From: Lama guanicoe
Lineage: Eukaryota
Reading direction: 5' to 3'
DNA length: 64,000 bases
NCBI GenBank assembly: GCA_013239625.1
Contig: MU053995.1
Coordinates: forward strand, 372,001 to 436,000
Shown here in pieces: positions 37,891 to 51,599 of the stretch. Under the pieces are notes generated by a model. It did no database searches. It was given only the letters and a program-made list of their open reading frames with translations, and had not been told where the DNA came from. Both the position numbers and the translations under genes were made by a program. Numbering within the stretch: position 1 is the stretch's first letter; each line of letters opens with the position of its first letter.

Positions 37891-40800
37891 CTGAGCATTG
37901 TTAGGTTTGGTCTTGCATATGTGGCCTTTATTACATTGAGATATATTCCTTCTATGCCTAATTTTTAAAAAATATTAATGATGAATGGATGTGGGTTTTG
38001 TCAGATACTTTCTTCCTGCACCTATTGAAATAATCACAATTAATTTCTTTCATTCTACTAATGCATGATATCACTTTAAACATATTTATTGTGGTATGGT
38101 TCCTTTACAGTAAACCACATACCTGTCAGTTGTACACTTTGATAAATCAAGACAGCTAACATTTTCATCAGTCCCCAAGTAGTGCAGTTTTCAAATTCCC
38201 AATTTATCTCTTCCCGCTCTCTCTTCCTTCTGGTAACCATAAGTTTGTTCTCTATGTCTGTGAGTCTGTTTTGTAGATAAGTTCTTTTGTGTCCTTTTTT
38301 TTAATTTCATATATAAGTGATAGCATATGGCATTCTCCTTTCTCTGCCTGGCTTACTTACTTAGAATGACAATCTCCAGGTCCATTCATGTTGCTGCAAA
38401 TGACATTATATTATTCTTTTTATGGCTGAGTAGTATTCCATTGTATACATATGCTAAAACTTCTTTATCCAGTCATATGTTGATGGACATTTAGATTGTT
38501 TCCATGTCTTTGCTGTTGTAAATAGTGCTGTTGTTAACACTGGAGTGTACATGTTTTTTTGAATTATACTTTTCTCCAGATACACACCCAGGAGTGTGAA
38601 TGCTGTATCACATGGTAACTATTTTTAGTTTTTAAGGAAACTCCATACTGTCCTCCATAGGGGCTGCACCAATCTACACTCCCACCAACAGTGTGGAGGG
38701 TATCCTTTTCTCCACACCTGTTTGCGGACTTTTTAATGATGGCCATCTGACTGGTGTGAGATGATATCTCATTGTAGTTTTGATTTGCATTTCTCTAACA
38801 ATTAGAGATGTTAAGCATCTCAACATGTTCTTGGTGGTCATCTGGATGTCTTCTCTGTACATCTGGATATCTATTTAGGTCTTCTACCCATTTTTGGATT
38901 GTATTGCATTTTTTGTTTGTTTTTTTTGTTTTGTTTTGATAGTAAGGTGTATGAGCTGTTTGTATATTTTGGAAACTAGCCCCTTGTTGGTTGCATCATT
39001 TGCAAATATTTTCTCCCATTCTGTCGGTTTTCTTTTCATTTTGTTTATGGTATCCTTAGCTGTGCAAAGCTTTTCAGTTTAATTAGGTCCCATTTGTTTA
39101 TTTTTGCTTTTATTTCCATTATTCCCAATAGCTGGTTCAAAAAATACATTGCTGTAATGTATGCCCACAAGTGTTCTGCCTATGTTTTCCCCTAGTAGTT
39201 TTATAGTATCTGGCTTACATTTAAGTCGTTCATCCATTTTGAGTTTATTTTTGTATATGGTGTTAGAGAATGTTCTAATTTCAGTCTTTTACAGGTGCTG
39301 TCCAGTATTCTCAGCACCACTTGTTGAAGAGACTGTCTTTTCTCCATTGTATCTTCTTGCCTTCTTTGTCATAGATTAATTGACCATAAGCATGTGGGTT
39401 TATTTCTGGGCTATCTTGTTCCACTGGTGTGTATATCTGTTTTTCTACAGTACCATAGTGTTTTGGTTACTGTAGCTTTGCAGTATAGTCTGAAGTCAGG
39501 GCACGTTATTCCCCAGCTCTGTTCTTCTTTTTCAAGATTGCTTTGGCTATTTGGGGTCTTTAGTGTTTCCATACAAGTTTTAACATTTTTTGTTCCAGCT
39601 CTGTGAAAAATGTTGTTGGCAATTTGATAAGGATTGCATAGAATCTGTCTATTTCCTTGGGTAGTCTGGCCATTTTAACAATATTGATTCTTCCAATCCG
39701 AGAACATGGTTTATCTTTCTATTAGTTTTATGTCATCTTCAATTTCTTTCATCAGTCTTACAAAAGTCTGATACTTTTAAGAATACAGGTCTTTTGCCTC
39801 CTTGGGCAGGTTTATTTCTAGGTGTTTTATTCTTTTTGGTGTGATGGTAAATGGTATTATTTTCTTCATTTTTCTATTTTGTTGTTAAGAGTATAGAAAT
39901 GCAACTGATTTCTGTATATTTTGTATCCTGAAACTTAATTTTGTATATTTTTAAAATTACAGTCAGTTTATAATATCTTAATTTCTGATGTACAGCATAG
40001 TGATTTATTTATATATATCACTATATATATTTTCATATTCCTCTTTCATAACAAGGTATTGAATATAGTTCCCTGTGCTATAAGGTAAGACCTAGTTGTT
40101 TATTTTACATATACTATTTAGTGTCTGCAAATTCTGAAATCTCAGTTTATCCTTCTCTACCCTATTCCCTGCTGGTAATCATAAATTTGTTTTCCATGTA
40201 TGTGAGTCTGTCTCTGTTTTCTAAATAAGTTCATTTGTGGCTCCCCCCTTTTTTTTAGATTCCACATAGGATATGTGATAAATTTCCTTCTCTGTCTGAC
40301 TTCACTTAGTATGATAAGCTCCAGGTCTATTAATGTTGCTGCAAATGCATTATTTTATTCTTTTTATGGCTGAATAGTATTTCATTGTATATATACCACA
40401 TCTTCTTTATCCGGTCATCTACTGATGGATATTTAGGTTGCTTCCATGTCTTGGCTATTGTAAATAGTGTTGCTATAAACACTGGACTGCATGTATCTTT
40501 TTGAATTAGAGTTCATTCCAGATATATGCCCAGGAGTGGTATTGTTGGATCATTTGTTAAGTCTATTTTTAGTTTTTTGAGGAATCTCCAAACTGTTTTC
40601 CATTATGGCTGCACCAAACTACATTCCCAACAACACTGTAGGAGGGTTTCCTTTGCTCTACACCCTCTCCAGCATTTACTGTTTGTGGAATTTTTAATGA
40701 TTGCCATCCTGACTGGTGTGAAGTGATACCCTCATTGTGGTTTTGATTTGCATTTCTCTGATTATTAGTGATATTGAGCTTTTTTTTCATGTGCCTATTA

Positions 40801-43800
40801 CGCATTTGTATGTCTTCTTTGGAAAAGTGTTTATTTAGGTTTTCTGCCCATTTTTGAATTGGGGTTTTTGTTTTTCTGTTATTGATTTGAATGTGCTGTT
40901 TGTATATTTTAGAAATTAAAACCTTCTCAATCTCATCATTTGCAAATATTTTCTCTCATTCTGTAGGTTGACTTTTCAGTTTATTTACGGTTTCCTTTGT
41001 TTTGTAAAAAGCTTATAAGTTTCATTAGGTCCCATTCGTTTATTTTTGCTTTTTTTTCTATTGCCTTGGTAGACTGTCCTAGAAGAACACTGCTACAATT
41101 ATATCAGAAAATGTTTTGCCTGTGTTCTCTTCTAGAAGGTTTATTGTGTGTTGTCTTATATTTAAGTCTTTTAAGTTACTTTGAGTTTATTCTTGTGTGT
41201 GGTGTGAGAGTGTTCTAACTTCAACTGATTTATATGTGGCTGTCCAGCTTTCTCAACACCTCTGTGGAAGAAATATCTTTTCTCCATTGTATATTCTTGT
41301 CTCCTTTGTTAAAGATTGACTGTAGGGGTGTGAGTTTATTTCTGGGCTCTCTATTCTGTTCCACTGATCTGTATGTGTTTTTGTACCAATAACATGCTGC
41401 TTTGATTATTGTAGCCTTGTAGTATTATGTGAAGTCTGGGAGGGTTATTCCTCCAGCTTTAGTTTTTTTCTTCAGGATTGCTTTGGTAATTCTGGGTCTT
41501 TTTGTAATTCTATATAAATTTTAGGATTGTTGTTTTAGTTCTGTTGAACATGTCCTGGGTAATTTGTTAGGGATCATATTAAACCTGCAGATTACTTTGG
41601 ATATTATGGCCATTTAAACAATATTAATTCTTCCAATTCAAGAGCATAGGGTGTCTTTCCATTTCTTTAAATCAACTTCCATTTCCTTTATCATTGTTTT
41701 ATACTTCTCTGCTCATAAATTTTTCTCTTTGTTCAGGTTTATTCCTAAGTATTTTGTTTTGATGCAATTTTAATATGAACATTTTTTTACTTTGTTTTTC
41801 TGATATTTCATTGTTAGTATATTGAAATGCAACTGATTTCTATATGTTAATCTTGTATCCTGCTACCTTGCTGAATTCCTGTATCAGCTCTAGTGTTTTT
41901 GTGTGGAGTATTTAGGGTTTTCTATATATTGTATCATGTTATCCACATAGAGTGACAATTTTACCTCTTCTTTTCCAATTTGGAACCCTTTTCTTTCTTT
42001 TTCATACCTGATTGCTCTGGCTCGGAGTTCTACTACTATGCTGAGTAGAAGTGGTGATAGTGTGCATCATTGCTTTGTTTCAGATTTTGGTGGGAAGACT
42101 TCCAACTTTTCATCACTGAGTATCTTATCGGCTGTGGATTTCTGATAAATTGCTTTAATATGTTGAGATATATTCCCTCTGTGATCACCTTGGTAAGAGT
42201 TTTCATAATATATTGATGTTGAGTTTTACCAAGTGCTTTTCTGCATTGATTGAGATGATCATGTGATTTTTGTCCTTTCTTTTATTGATTTATCACATAG
42301 ATTGATTTGTGTATGTTGAACCATCCTTAAGTCCCTGAGATTAATCCAACTTAATTGTAGTGTACAATCTTTTTAATGTGTTGCTGGTTTCAGTTTGCTA
42401 ATATTTTTCGAGAATTTTTGTATTCATATTCATCAAAGATATTGGCTTGTAATTTCCTTTTTTGGTAGTGTTCTTCTCTAGTATTTGGTTGATGGTGGCT
42501 TCATAGAATGAGTTTGGGAGTCTTTTGTCTTCTTCAGTCTTTTGGAAGAGTGAGAAGGATTGGTAAGAATTCTTCTTTGTATGTTTGACAGATTCCCTGG
42601 TGAAGCAACTTGGCCCTGGACTTTTGTTTGCAGGGAGGTTTTGTTTTGTTTTGTGTTTAACTGACTCTATTTCCCTTCTAGTGATTGATCTATCAAATTA
42701 TGAGGGGTTTTTTTCGATTCAGTCGTGGTGGACTGTATCTTTCCACAAAGTTGTCCATTTTTTCTAGGTTTTCCAATTTCCATATAGTTGTTCATAGTAT
42801 TCTCTTATGATTTTTTTTTTGTATTTCTGTAGTTTTTGTTGAAGTTTCTCCATTTTTCTTATTTTGTTTACTTGTGTCCTCTTTTATTCTTGTGAGCCTG
42901 GCCACAGGATTGTCAATTTTGTTTATACTTTCAATAAACCAGTTCTTGGTTTGATTGATTTTTCTTTTTTTTTAACCTCTATTTTATTTATTTCCTCCCT
43001 GATCTATATTATGTCTTTCCTTCTGCCTATTTTAGGTGTCATTTGTTCTTTTTCTAATTCTTTTAGTTGGTAAGTTAGGTTGTTTATTTGAGATTTTTCT
43101 TGTTTTTTGAGGAAGACCAGTATTGCTATGAACTTCCTGCTTAAGATTGCTTATGCTGCATCCCATAGATTTTGTTTGATTGTGTTTTGTTGTTTGTCTC
43201 AAGGATTTTTTTTAATTTCCCATTTTGTGTATGTTAAACCACCTTTGCATCCAAGAGATAAATCCCATTTGATGATGGAAAATTATCCTTTTAATGTGCT
43301 GCTGAATTTCATTGGTAGTGGTTTATTGAGAATTTTTGCATCTATATTCATCAGAGATATTGGTATGTACTTTTCTAGTATCACCCTTTTTTGGTTTTGA
43401 TATCAAGATGGAGTTGGCCTCATGAAATCAGTATGGGTGTGTTTCCTCCTCTACACTTTTTTAGGAGTCTTAAGAAGGACTGGCATTAATTATTCTTAAA
43501 GTGTTTAGTAAAATTCACCAGTGAAGTCATCTGGTCCTGAACTTTTCTTTCTTAGAAATTTTTCATATCTGATTCAATAGCCTTACCAGTAATTGTTCTA
43601 CTTAGATTTTAAAATTTCTTGCTCATTCAGTCTTGGCAGGTTATATATTTATAAGAAATTTCTCATTTCTTCTAGATTGTCTGATTTGCTGGTATATACA
43701 GGCATACTTTGTTTCAAGTGCTTTGTTAATATTGAGTATTTTATAAACTAAAGGTTTGTGGCAATCCTGTGTTGTGAGGCAATAGTATTCTTTAGCAATA

Positions 43801-44810
43801 AAGTATTTTTTAATTAACACATTTTTTAGACATAATGGTACTGCACACTTAGTAGACTACAGTTTAGTGTACACATAACTTTCAAATGAACTGGAAAGCC
43901 AAAAAATTGTGTGAGCTGCTTATTGGGATACTTGCTTTTCTGAAGTGGTCTGGAACGGAACCTGCAACATTTCTGAGGTATGCCTGTAGTTGTTCGTATC
44001 AGCCTCTTATGACCATTTGAATTTGTGTTGTATGTGTTATAATGTCTTCTTTTTCATTATTATTTACTAATAATTTATTACTCATTATTTTCTTGATTTG
44101 TGTTTTTTTCTTTCTTTCTCTGGGTTTGTCTAGCTAAGGGTTTGTCAATTTTGCTTATCTTTTCAAAGAATTACCATTAATTTGGTTAATCTTTCTATTA
44201 TTTTTCTGTTCTTTCATTCATTAGTCAATGCTCTAATATTTATTTCCTATTTTTATGTTAACTTCGGGATCTATTTGTGGTTCTTTTTCTAGTTCTGTAA
44301 GATGTAGAGTTAGGTTGTTTATTTGGAGTCTTTATTGCTTCGTAACGTAAGCAGTTACTGCTCTGAAATTCTCTCTGAGAAGTGCTTTTGGTGTATCTCA
44401 TAAGTTATGTTTGTGTCCATTTTCATTTGTCTCAAGAAACTTTTAAATTTCTTCCTTAATTTCTTCCTTGATCCATTAGTCATTCCAGGAGACTGTTGTT
44501 TAATTTCTACGTGTTCATAATTTTTTCAGTTTTCTTCTTGATATTGATTTCTAGTATTATGCCCTGGTAGTCAGAGAAGATACTTGGTATGATGTTAGTC
44601 TTGAAATTTCTGTAACTTGGTTTATTTCCTGACTTATGGTTAATCCTGGAAAATGTTCTGTGTGCCTTCAAGAAAAAAAAATGTATATTCTTGCTGTTAT
44701 TTAAGAGAATGTTCTGTAATGTTTGTTAGGTCCATTTTGTCTGTGTTGTCCAAACCATATATTTCTTTATGGAGTTTCTGTCTGGATAATCTACCTATCC
44801 TTTGTTGAGA
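37890..44810 (-). mobile_element. Stack of nested antisense L1 elements (including a ~3.3-kb young L1 at ~39940-43200)
   Basis: Continuous L1 3' UTR/ORF2 motifs on the minus strand. Confidence 0.88.
43699..43986. mobile_element. Tigger1 internal-deletion derivative
   Basis: TA|CAGGCATAC...GAGGTATGCCTG|TA terminal inverted repeats with TA duplication. Confidence 0.9.
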
Positions 44811-45493
44811 TTGAAAAAAATGTTTTTCAGTAAAATTAGTCATCATTTTCCTATGTGGCCTTCACTTTCCTATTCCTAAATAGGTAAAATTATAAACATA
44901 ATAAAACATATATTTATTTGACAAATACAGTCTCAAATATGCAGACAAAACTCTTAGCAATATAAATCATGTAAGCCAATTGCTGTTTATAGGTAATTTT
45001 CCTGTCCCAATGTCTGAATAATAGTCTTAATGCCATGGCAGCAGTTTATCAATTAAGATTAAGAAATCAAGAGTTAAAAGACATTACCTTAACATTTCTA
45101 TTGTAAGTACTGGGTAGCAAGCCTTGGTTTCTCATTTATTCCTTAGAAGTAAATAAATTTGCTCAGAAACAGGACGCAAACATAAAGCTAAAAGATGCCT
45201 TGTATTCACTAACTACAGATAGAGAATTAATACTATCTTTTTAACTAAGAGCAAAAACAGTTTTAAAAAAGCCAATGTGCTTCAAACCATTATGGATCAG
45301 ATCTGAAATTCTTAAAAAAAAACAAACCCTGTAGTTATAAAAATAGTAATTACTTCAGAAATTATAAAAATAGCTATTTCTTCAGAAAAAACACATTCTG
45401 TTTATTATGAAAACTTGAATAAACAGTGCTGACAATATGCTAATTAAGCCACAAATTGATATTCTTAAATGCTCTATTATTAATGTTATTTAC

Positions 45494-45612
45494 CTCAGCA
45501 GCATCAGTAATAAGCACCCCAACTCCAGTGAAGTAAAATGGCAAGAGAATTACAGGGAGGAGAACAAGAGCTAAAATACCCAGAAGTGCAAGGATAAAAT
45601 TATGCCAGACCC
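45494..45612 (-). pseudogene. MBTPS2: MBTPS2 exon 6, open, 119 nt
   Basis: ttttcag|GG GTC TGG... = [40 protein letters not shown]|gtaaat; five conservative changes versus the recalled human peptide. Confidence 0.93.
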
Positions 45613-46404
45613 CTGAAAAAAGAGAAAAAAGGAATTAGCACAGTCTAGGGCGTGGAGAGTGTAGGTATTTGGATTTTATAACAACTGGACAATCTGATAA
45701 ATTAGTAAAGTAATGAGAAGATATGAGGCAGATGCATCTATTTATTAGTTGCAGCAGGCTGATGTACATTTAGAGGACACTTTCATTTCAGATATTTAAA
45801 TTAAAGAATGAGCATACTAATACAATTTAACACTAATAGAATTCATATCATCATTTTCCTATGCCATTAATTTCAAATCAGAATGAATTTTTTTTTTAAA
45901 GTTTTACAAGAAAGTTTAAGTTAGGTGAACTTCTTATAGTTCTGTAACCTTTTTAATATATTGCAAACAACTTTCCATATCATTAAAAATTTTGTCATTT
46001 ATGAATATAATGATCTACAGAACAGTCCCCCAGAGTTAGACAATTAAACTGTTTGTTATGATGCATATTCATCACTGAATATTTACCTTATTTCCTTGTG
46101 ATAAATTCCACTAATTAAAAATGAGACAACAAAAGAAGGCCTTCACTGAAGATTAAATATGAATCCATTTTTGATACATCATAAAAATGTCCCCCAGAAG
46201 AGCTTTTAACAACTCACGATCTCACCAGATGCGTATGGAATTATCTTTCTTCTCCAACCCTATTGACACTGGGTATTATTAAAACTGAATAACACCAGAA
46301 ACAAAATGTCTATCCATTTAATAGATCAACAAAGTCATTTTATTGATTCTCTGTGAGGAAGATCATTTTTATGTATGCACATTTGTTGGATGTAGTTTTT
46401 AAAA

Positions 46405-47480
46405 AATAAAATATGTGTAACACAAAATTTGTTATTTCAACCATTTAAAATTTATAGTTCAGACCATGAATTAAGATTGATAACATTGTACAACTATAAC
46501 CACTACCATCTTCAGAAATTTCTCATCATCTCAACTGAAACTTGGCACCCATAAACAATAACTTGCCAATTCTCCTCTTCCCCCAGCACCTGGAAGTCTT
46601 CAATTTACTTTCATCTCTATGGTTCTGACTACTCTACTGTAATTCATATAATTGGAATTGTACAGTATTTGTTCTTCTGTGATTGACTTATTTCACGTAG
46701 CATGTCTTCAAGGTTCCTCCATTTTATAGCGTATGTCATAATTTCCTTCCTTTTGAAGGAGGAATTGATAGACAAGTCTAACTCCATTTTGGTGATCAGC
46801 CTCCATTTCAGGGTGAGCCAAGCAGACTGCAAGCCACAACTTATGCCTTTAGTAAAATCTCCTTCTGCCTGTAAAACCCTCCCCAGACCTGAGTGAGAAC
46901 TAATGGAGGGAGAATTCATCTAACATGTCCTTCTCACTTTCAGCATCCCTCATTTGCATAAGAACCCACCAATAAGCTCCTACCCCCAGGCATAAATAAG
47001 CAAGCTTGTACACAGAGAGTGGGCTCCTTTCTAACTGAAGACCCCCTCTGCAGGTCTCTCACAATAAACCTGACTCCACAGATGAGCTGTCTCTGATCCT
47101 TTCTCTCTGATTCTAACATGAATAATATTCCATTGTATGTTTATACTATATTTTGTTTATAAATCCATCCATCCATCAATGGACATTTGGGTCAACTGCA
47201 CCTTTTGATTTCTGTGAATAATGCTGCTATGAACATGGGTTTACAAATACTTCTGTTCCCTGCTTTTAATTCTTTCGTGCAGGAACTCAGAAGTGAAATT
47301 GCTGTATCATACAGTTGTTACTTTATTTTTCTGAGAAACCCCAATACTGTTTTCCATAGTGGCTATTCCATTTTATATTCCCACCAGTAATGCATATTTG
47401 TCCACATTCACAAAACATGTATTATCTTCTGAATTTTTTATTATTATTTTTAGGAATAACCATTCTAATACCTGCTAAGT
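46405..47480 (-). mobile_element. L1MB-type 3' end interrupted by an LTR (~46754-47117)
   Basis: L1 motif atttccttcctttt..aagg/tgaataatattcc split by ~360 bp containing aataaa and ending ...taaca. Confidence 0.7.
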
Positions 47481-48629
47481 GATAGTCTTTGGCTCTAAAT
47501 TTTGGAGAGATTAATCTCTAATTGTTTTTAAAAATGTTTTACTCACTATATTTTTTGTTGCTGTTGTTATGTACTCTATATTTTGCAGAGAATTTAAATT
47601 TTAAACTTATTAAATTTTTACGTATATGCAAATTTAAGAACTATTTTATGTAGTCAAGTCTTTTCCATTATATAATCTACTTTTGGAGTTGTGGTAAGAG
47701 ATTTCTCAAACTTGAGATTATATACATACGTATTTGAGGGTGTAGTCTCTGTTTAACTGTGTTTTAGGTTTTATTATGCAAGGCATGTCTTTTAACTTAC
47801 TTTGATTTTGATTCATTTATTCTTTCCAGTGAACATGACAATTGTTCTTACATGACAGTATACTAACTGCAACAAGGAGTATCCATACTTTTACATTTCT
47901 AATATAGGATCATGTTATTGATCCATCTATTCAAAACTTTTATTTACTTCACCAAAAATTTGTTTTCACTATATAGCTCCTGCATATTTGTTGTAAATGT
48001 TAATTTCTGAATTTTTTCTTCACATATATTACTTTCTAAGTTGGACTTTTGCCCCCATTTCAGTATGTGGAGGAACTTCACATACAGAGGAACACTATCA
48101 CTCATTTTTTTTAACTTATTTTGTAAATAACCACCAAACTTAACTTTCCACTTAGGATTTCTTAATCTTGGAGTTCTTCTTTTGGTTTTACCATCATCTG
48201 CTAGAAATGATTTATATTTCAATCTTATATATATTACATATAAAGACATATAGAGGTATATGATACACATATTATATGTATATATACACATACCACACAT
48301 ATATTTTATATCTCAACTTTTTCCCTTTTGGTCTGACAGCAGTGGCTAGAAGTTTGGAAGAATGCTAAATATTTGTGATGGCATGTCTTGTTTTCCTTTT
48401 TTTCATAATTTAAGTCAAAGAACAGTCAAATAACAGAAAGGATTTAGATTAAGTTATTCAATTTTATCTTGCTTTCAATTAAAGTATCCCAGGCCTGGGT
48501 GTAAGTAGAAAATTCTGCCTATGGATTATTTATGATTTAAGACTGGTATTATGGACCACAGGAAAGAAAATCTGTCACTATGATGAAGCTACAGACTTGA
48601 AGCTGCCAAGTAGTTAATTATTATAAGGG

Positions 48630-51585
48630 GAAGTGAAGGTTTACTTTATGTTGACATATGTCCCTTCTATAACAAATTTGTTAAAGAGTGTTTTAGAAAT
48701 ACTTTTGTCAAATTATAATTTTCTACGTCTATTAAGACGACCATGATTTCTGTCTTTCATTCTATTAAAATGGCTTGTCAAATTTATTGATTTACTTATT
48801 GTGAGTCATTTTGCATTTACCAATGTTTTGCATTTTCCCATTGATCATGATATAAAATCCTTCTAATGTGCTGTTGAGTTCAGCTTACTAGTATTTGGCT
48901 CAAATTTTTATATTTATATGCATAAATGATACCGGCCTGGGTTTTCTTCAGTTGTAGAATTCTTACGTAAGTTTAGTACTAAGGTAATTCTGGCCTCCTG
49001 AAATGAATTTGGGAATGTCCCATCCTCTTCACTTCTTTGGAAGAGTTTAAGAAGGTATTGACATTAATTCCTTTTTAAATCTTTGGTTCAATTCCCCAGT
49101 GAAGCCATCAATCTAGTCCTGAACTTTTCTTTGTTAGGAGGCTTTTGATTATTGTTTCAATCTCCTTATTTGTTGTTCATCTGTTCAGATTATTCATTTT
49201 TCATGATTCTGACTTGGCAGATTGTTTTTCTGGGAATTTGTCCATTTTTTCTAGGTTGCCCTATTTGTTGGTGTATAATTGTTCACAGTATTTTCTTTGT
49301 ATGTTCATAGCAGTCTTTGTATTTCTATTGTATCAGTTGTAATGTCTTATCTTTCATTTGTAGTTTTATTTATTTCAGTTTTTTCTCTTTTTTCTTTATA
49401 AGTCTTGGTAAAAAATACTTGTTGTTTTGTTTATCTCCTAAGAAAGCCATTCAACTTTGTTAACCTCTTCTTTTTTTCTATTCTCTCATTTATTTGTATT
49501 CGGATCTTTATTATCTCCATATTTGTGACAAATCTGGAGTTGGTCTATTCATATTTTTCTAGTTCCTTGAGTTAAAAAGTTAGGCTATTTATTTGAGATC
49601 TTTCTTTTTTCTTAATATAGGCATTTATTGTTACAAAATACCTTCTTAGTACTGTGATTGTTGCATCCCACAAATTTTGATGTTTTGTTTCCATTTTCAT
49701 TTGATTCAAGATATATTTTGCTTTCCCTTTTGATCATTTTTGATCCATTGATTGTTTAGGAGTGTGTTGTTTACTTCCCACATACTTGTTTATTTTCCAG
49801 GTTTCCTCCTATTATCAGTCTCTAGCTGCATGCAATTGTTGGAAAAGATACTTCGAAAAATCTGCAGCAATGAAAATTACAAGATGTTGCTAAAAGAAAT
49901 TGAAGAAAACACCACTAATGAAAGGACATCCCTGTTCATGAATTAGAAGAATTAATATTATTAAAATGGTCATGCTACCCAAAATAATCTGTATATTCAA
50001 CTCAAATCCTATCCAATGCCACTTTTCATTGAAATAGAAAAAGCAACCCTAATATTTGGGTGGAACTACATTAAGACCCAAGGGAGCCAAAGCAATAATG
50101 AGAACTAACAAAACTGGGAGCATCATATTTCCTGATTTCAAACTGTGCTACAAAGCTACAATAATTAAAACAGTATGAAACTGACATTAGAATAGGAAAA
50201 ATAGATCAGTTTAACAGAACAGAGAATCTAGAATTAAACTGCCATATATACAGCCAACTAATATTTGATGGATGATCCACAAACATTCAGTAGGGAAAAG
50301 ACAGTGTCTTCCAAAAACAGTTTTGGGAAACTGGATAATCATGTGCAGAAAAATGAAACTGGCCTGCTATCTTATACCACTCCCAAAAATTTACCCAGAA
50401 TGGATCAGACTTAAGTAAAAGACCTGAAACTTTAAAAATTACAGAAGAAAACATACAGAAGAAACTGCTTGATATTGACCTTGAAAGTGATTTTAGTCGG
50501 ATATGCCGCCAAAAGTACACAAGAAAGAAAAAAATCAAGTAGGACTACATCAAATTTGAAAGTTTCTGCAGCACAAGTATCAATCAATAAAGTGTAAAGA
50601 CAGCCTACAGAAGGGGAGAGAATTTTTGCAAATCATGTATTGGATATTATCCAAAATTATTAAGAACTCATACAACTCAATAACAACAACAAAACCCCCA
50701 AACAATACGATTAAAGAATGAGCAGAGGAACCAAATATTTTTCCAAAGAAGATATCCAAACAGCATGAGGTATAATGAAAAATTCTCAACATAATTAATT
50801 ATCAAAGAAATGAAAGTCAAAACCGCAGTGACATATCATTTTGTGTCTCCTAGAGTGGCTATCATCAAAAAGATGAGATCTCTTATGCTGGCAAGCATGT
50901 GAAGAAAAGGGAACACTTGTGTTCTGTTTATGGGACTGTAGATGGGAATATAAACTGGTTCAGCCACTATGGGGAACAGTACAGAGGTTCCTCAAAAAAT
51001 TTAAAATAGAACTGCTAGCATATGATCCAGAAGCACACTTCTGGGTACATACAGAAAGGAAAAGGGAACAGCTTATTAAAGAGTTATATGCACTCCCATG
51101 TTCACTGCAGCATTATATATAATACTTCAGATACAGAAACAACCTAGGTATCCACAAACAGATGAACAAATAAAGAAGACATAATATATGCACCCCCACA
51201 CACATACTGGAATACTATTAAGCCAGTAGAAAAAAGAAAATTCTACCATTTCAAGAAATTGGATGGACCTTCAGAAATGTATGCTAAGTGAAGTAAGTCA
51301 TAAAAAGAAACACAAATATTATATGATACCTCTTACATATGGGATCTAAAAATAACCTAAATCATAAAAGCAGAGTAAAATGATGGTTACCATAGGCTGA
51401 AGGATAGATAATGGGAGACTTGGTACTAATAGATGAATAAGCCTAGACACCCAGTTTGATGATTATAGACAACAAAAGTGTATTATTCTCATAAAACTTT
51501 CCAAAAGACTAATCCTAATTGTTCACATATAAAGTGATAAGTACATGACCCATTAGCTAATACAACATAAATGTTGCAATAAAGT
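48630..51585 (+). mobile_element. L1 with inverted 5' segment (minus 48630-49855; plus 49856-51585)
   Basis: Strand switch at ~49855 inside chimeric ORF 49752..49946. Confidence 0.75.
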
Positions 51586-51599
51586 CAGTATGGGGTAGG

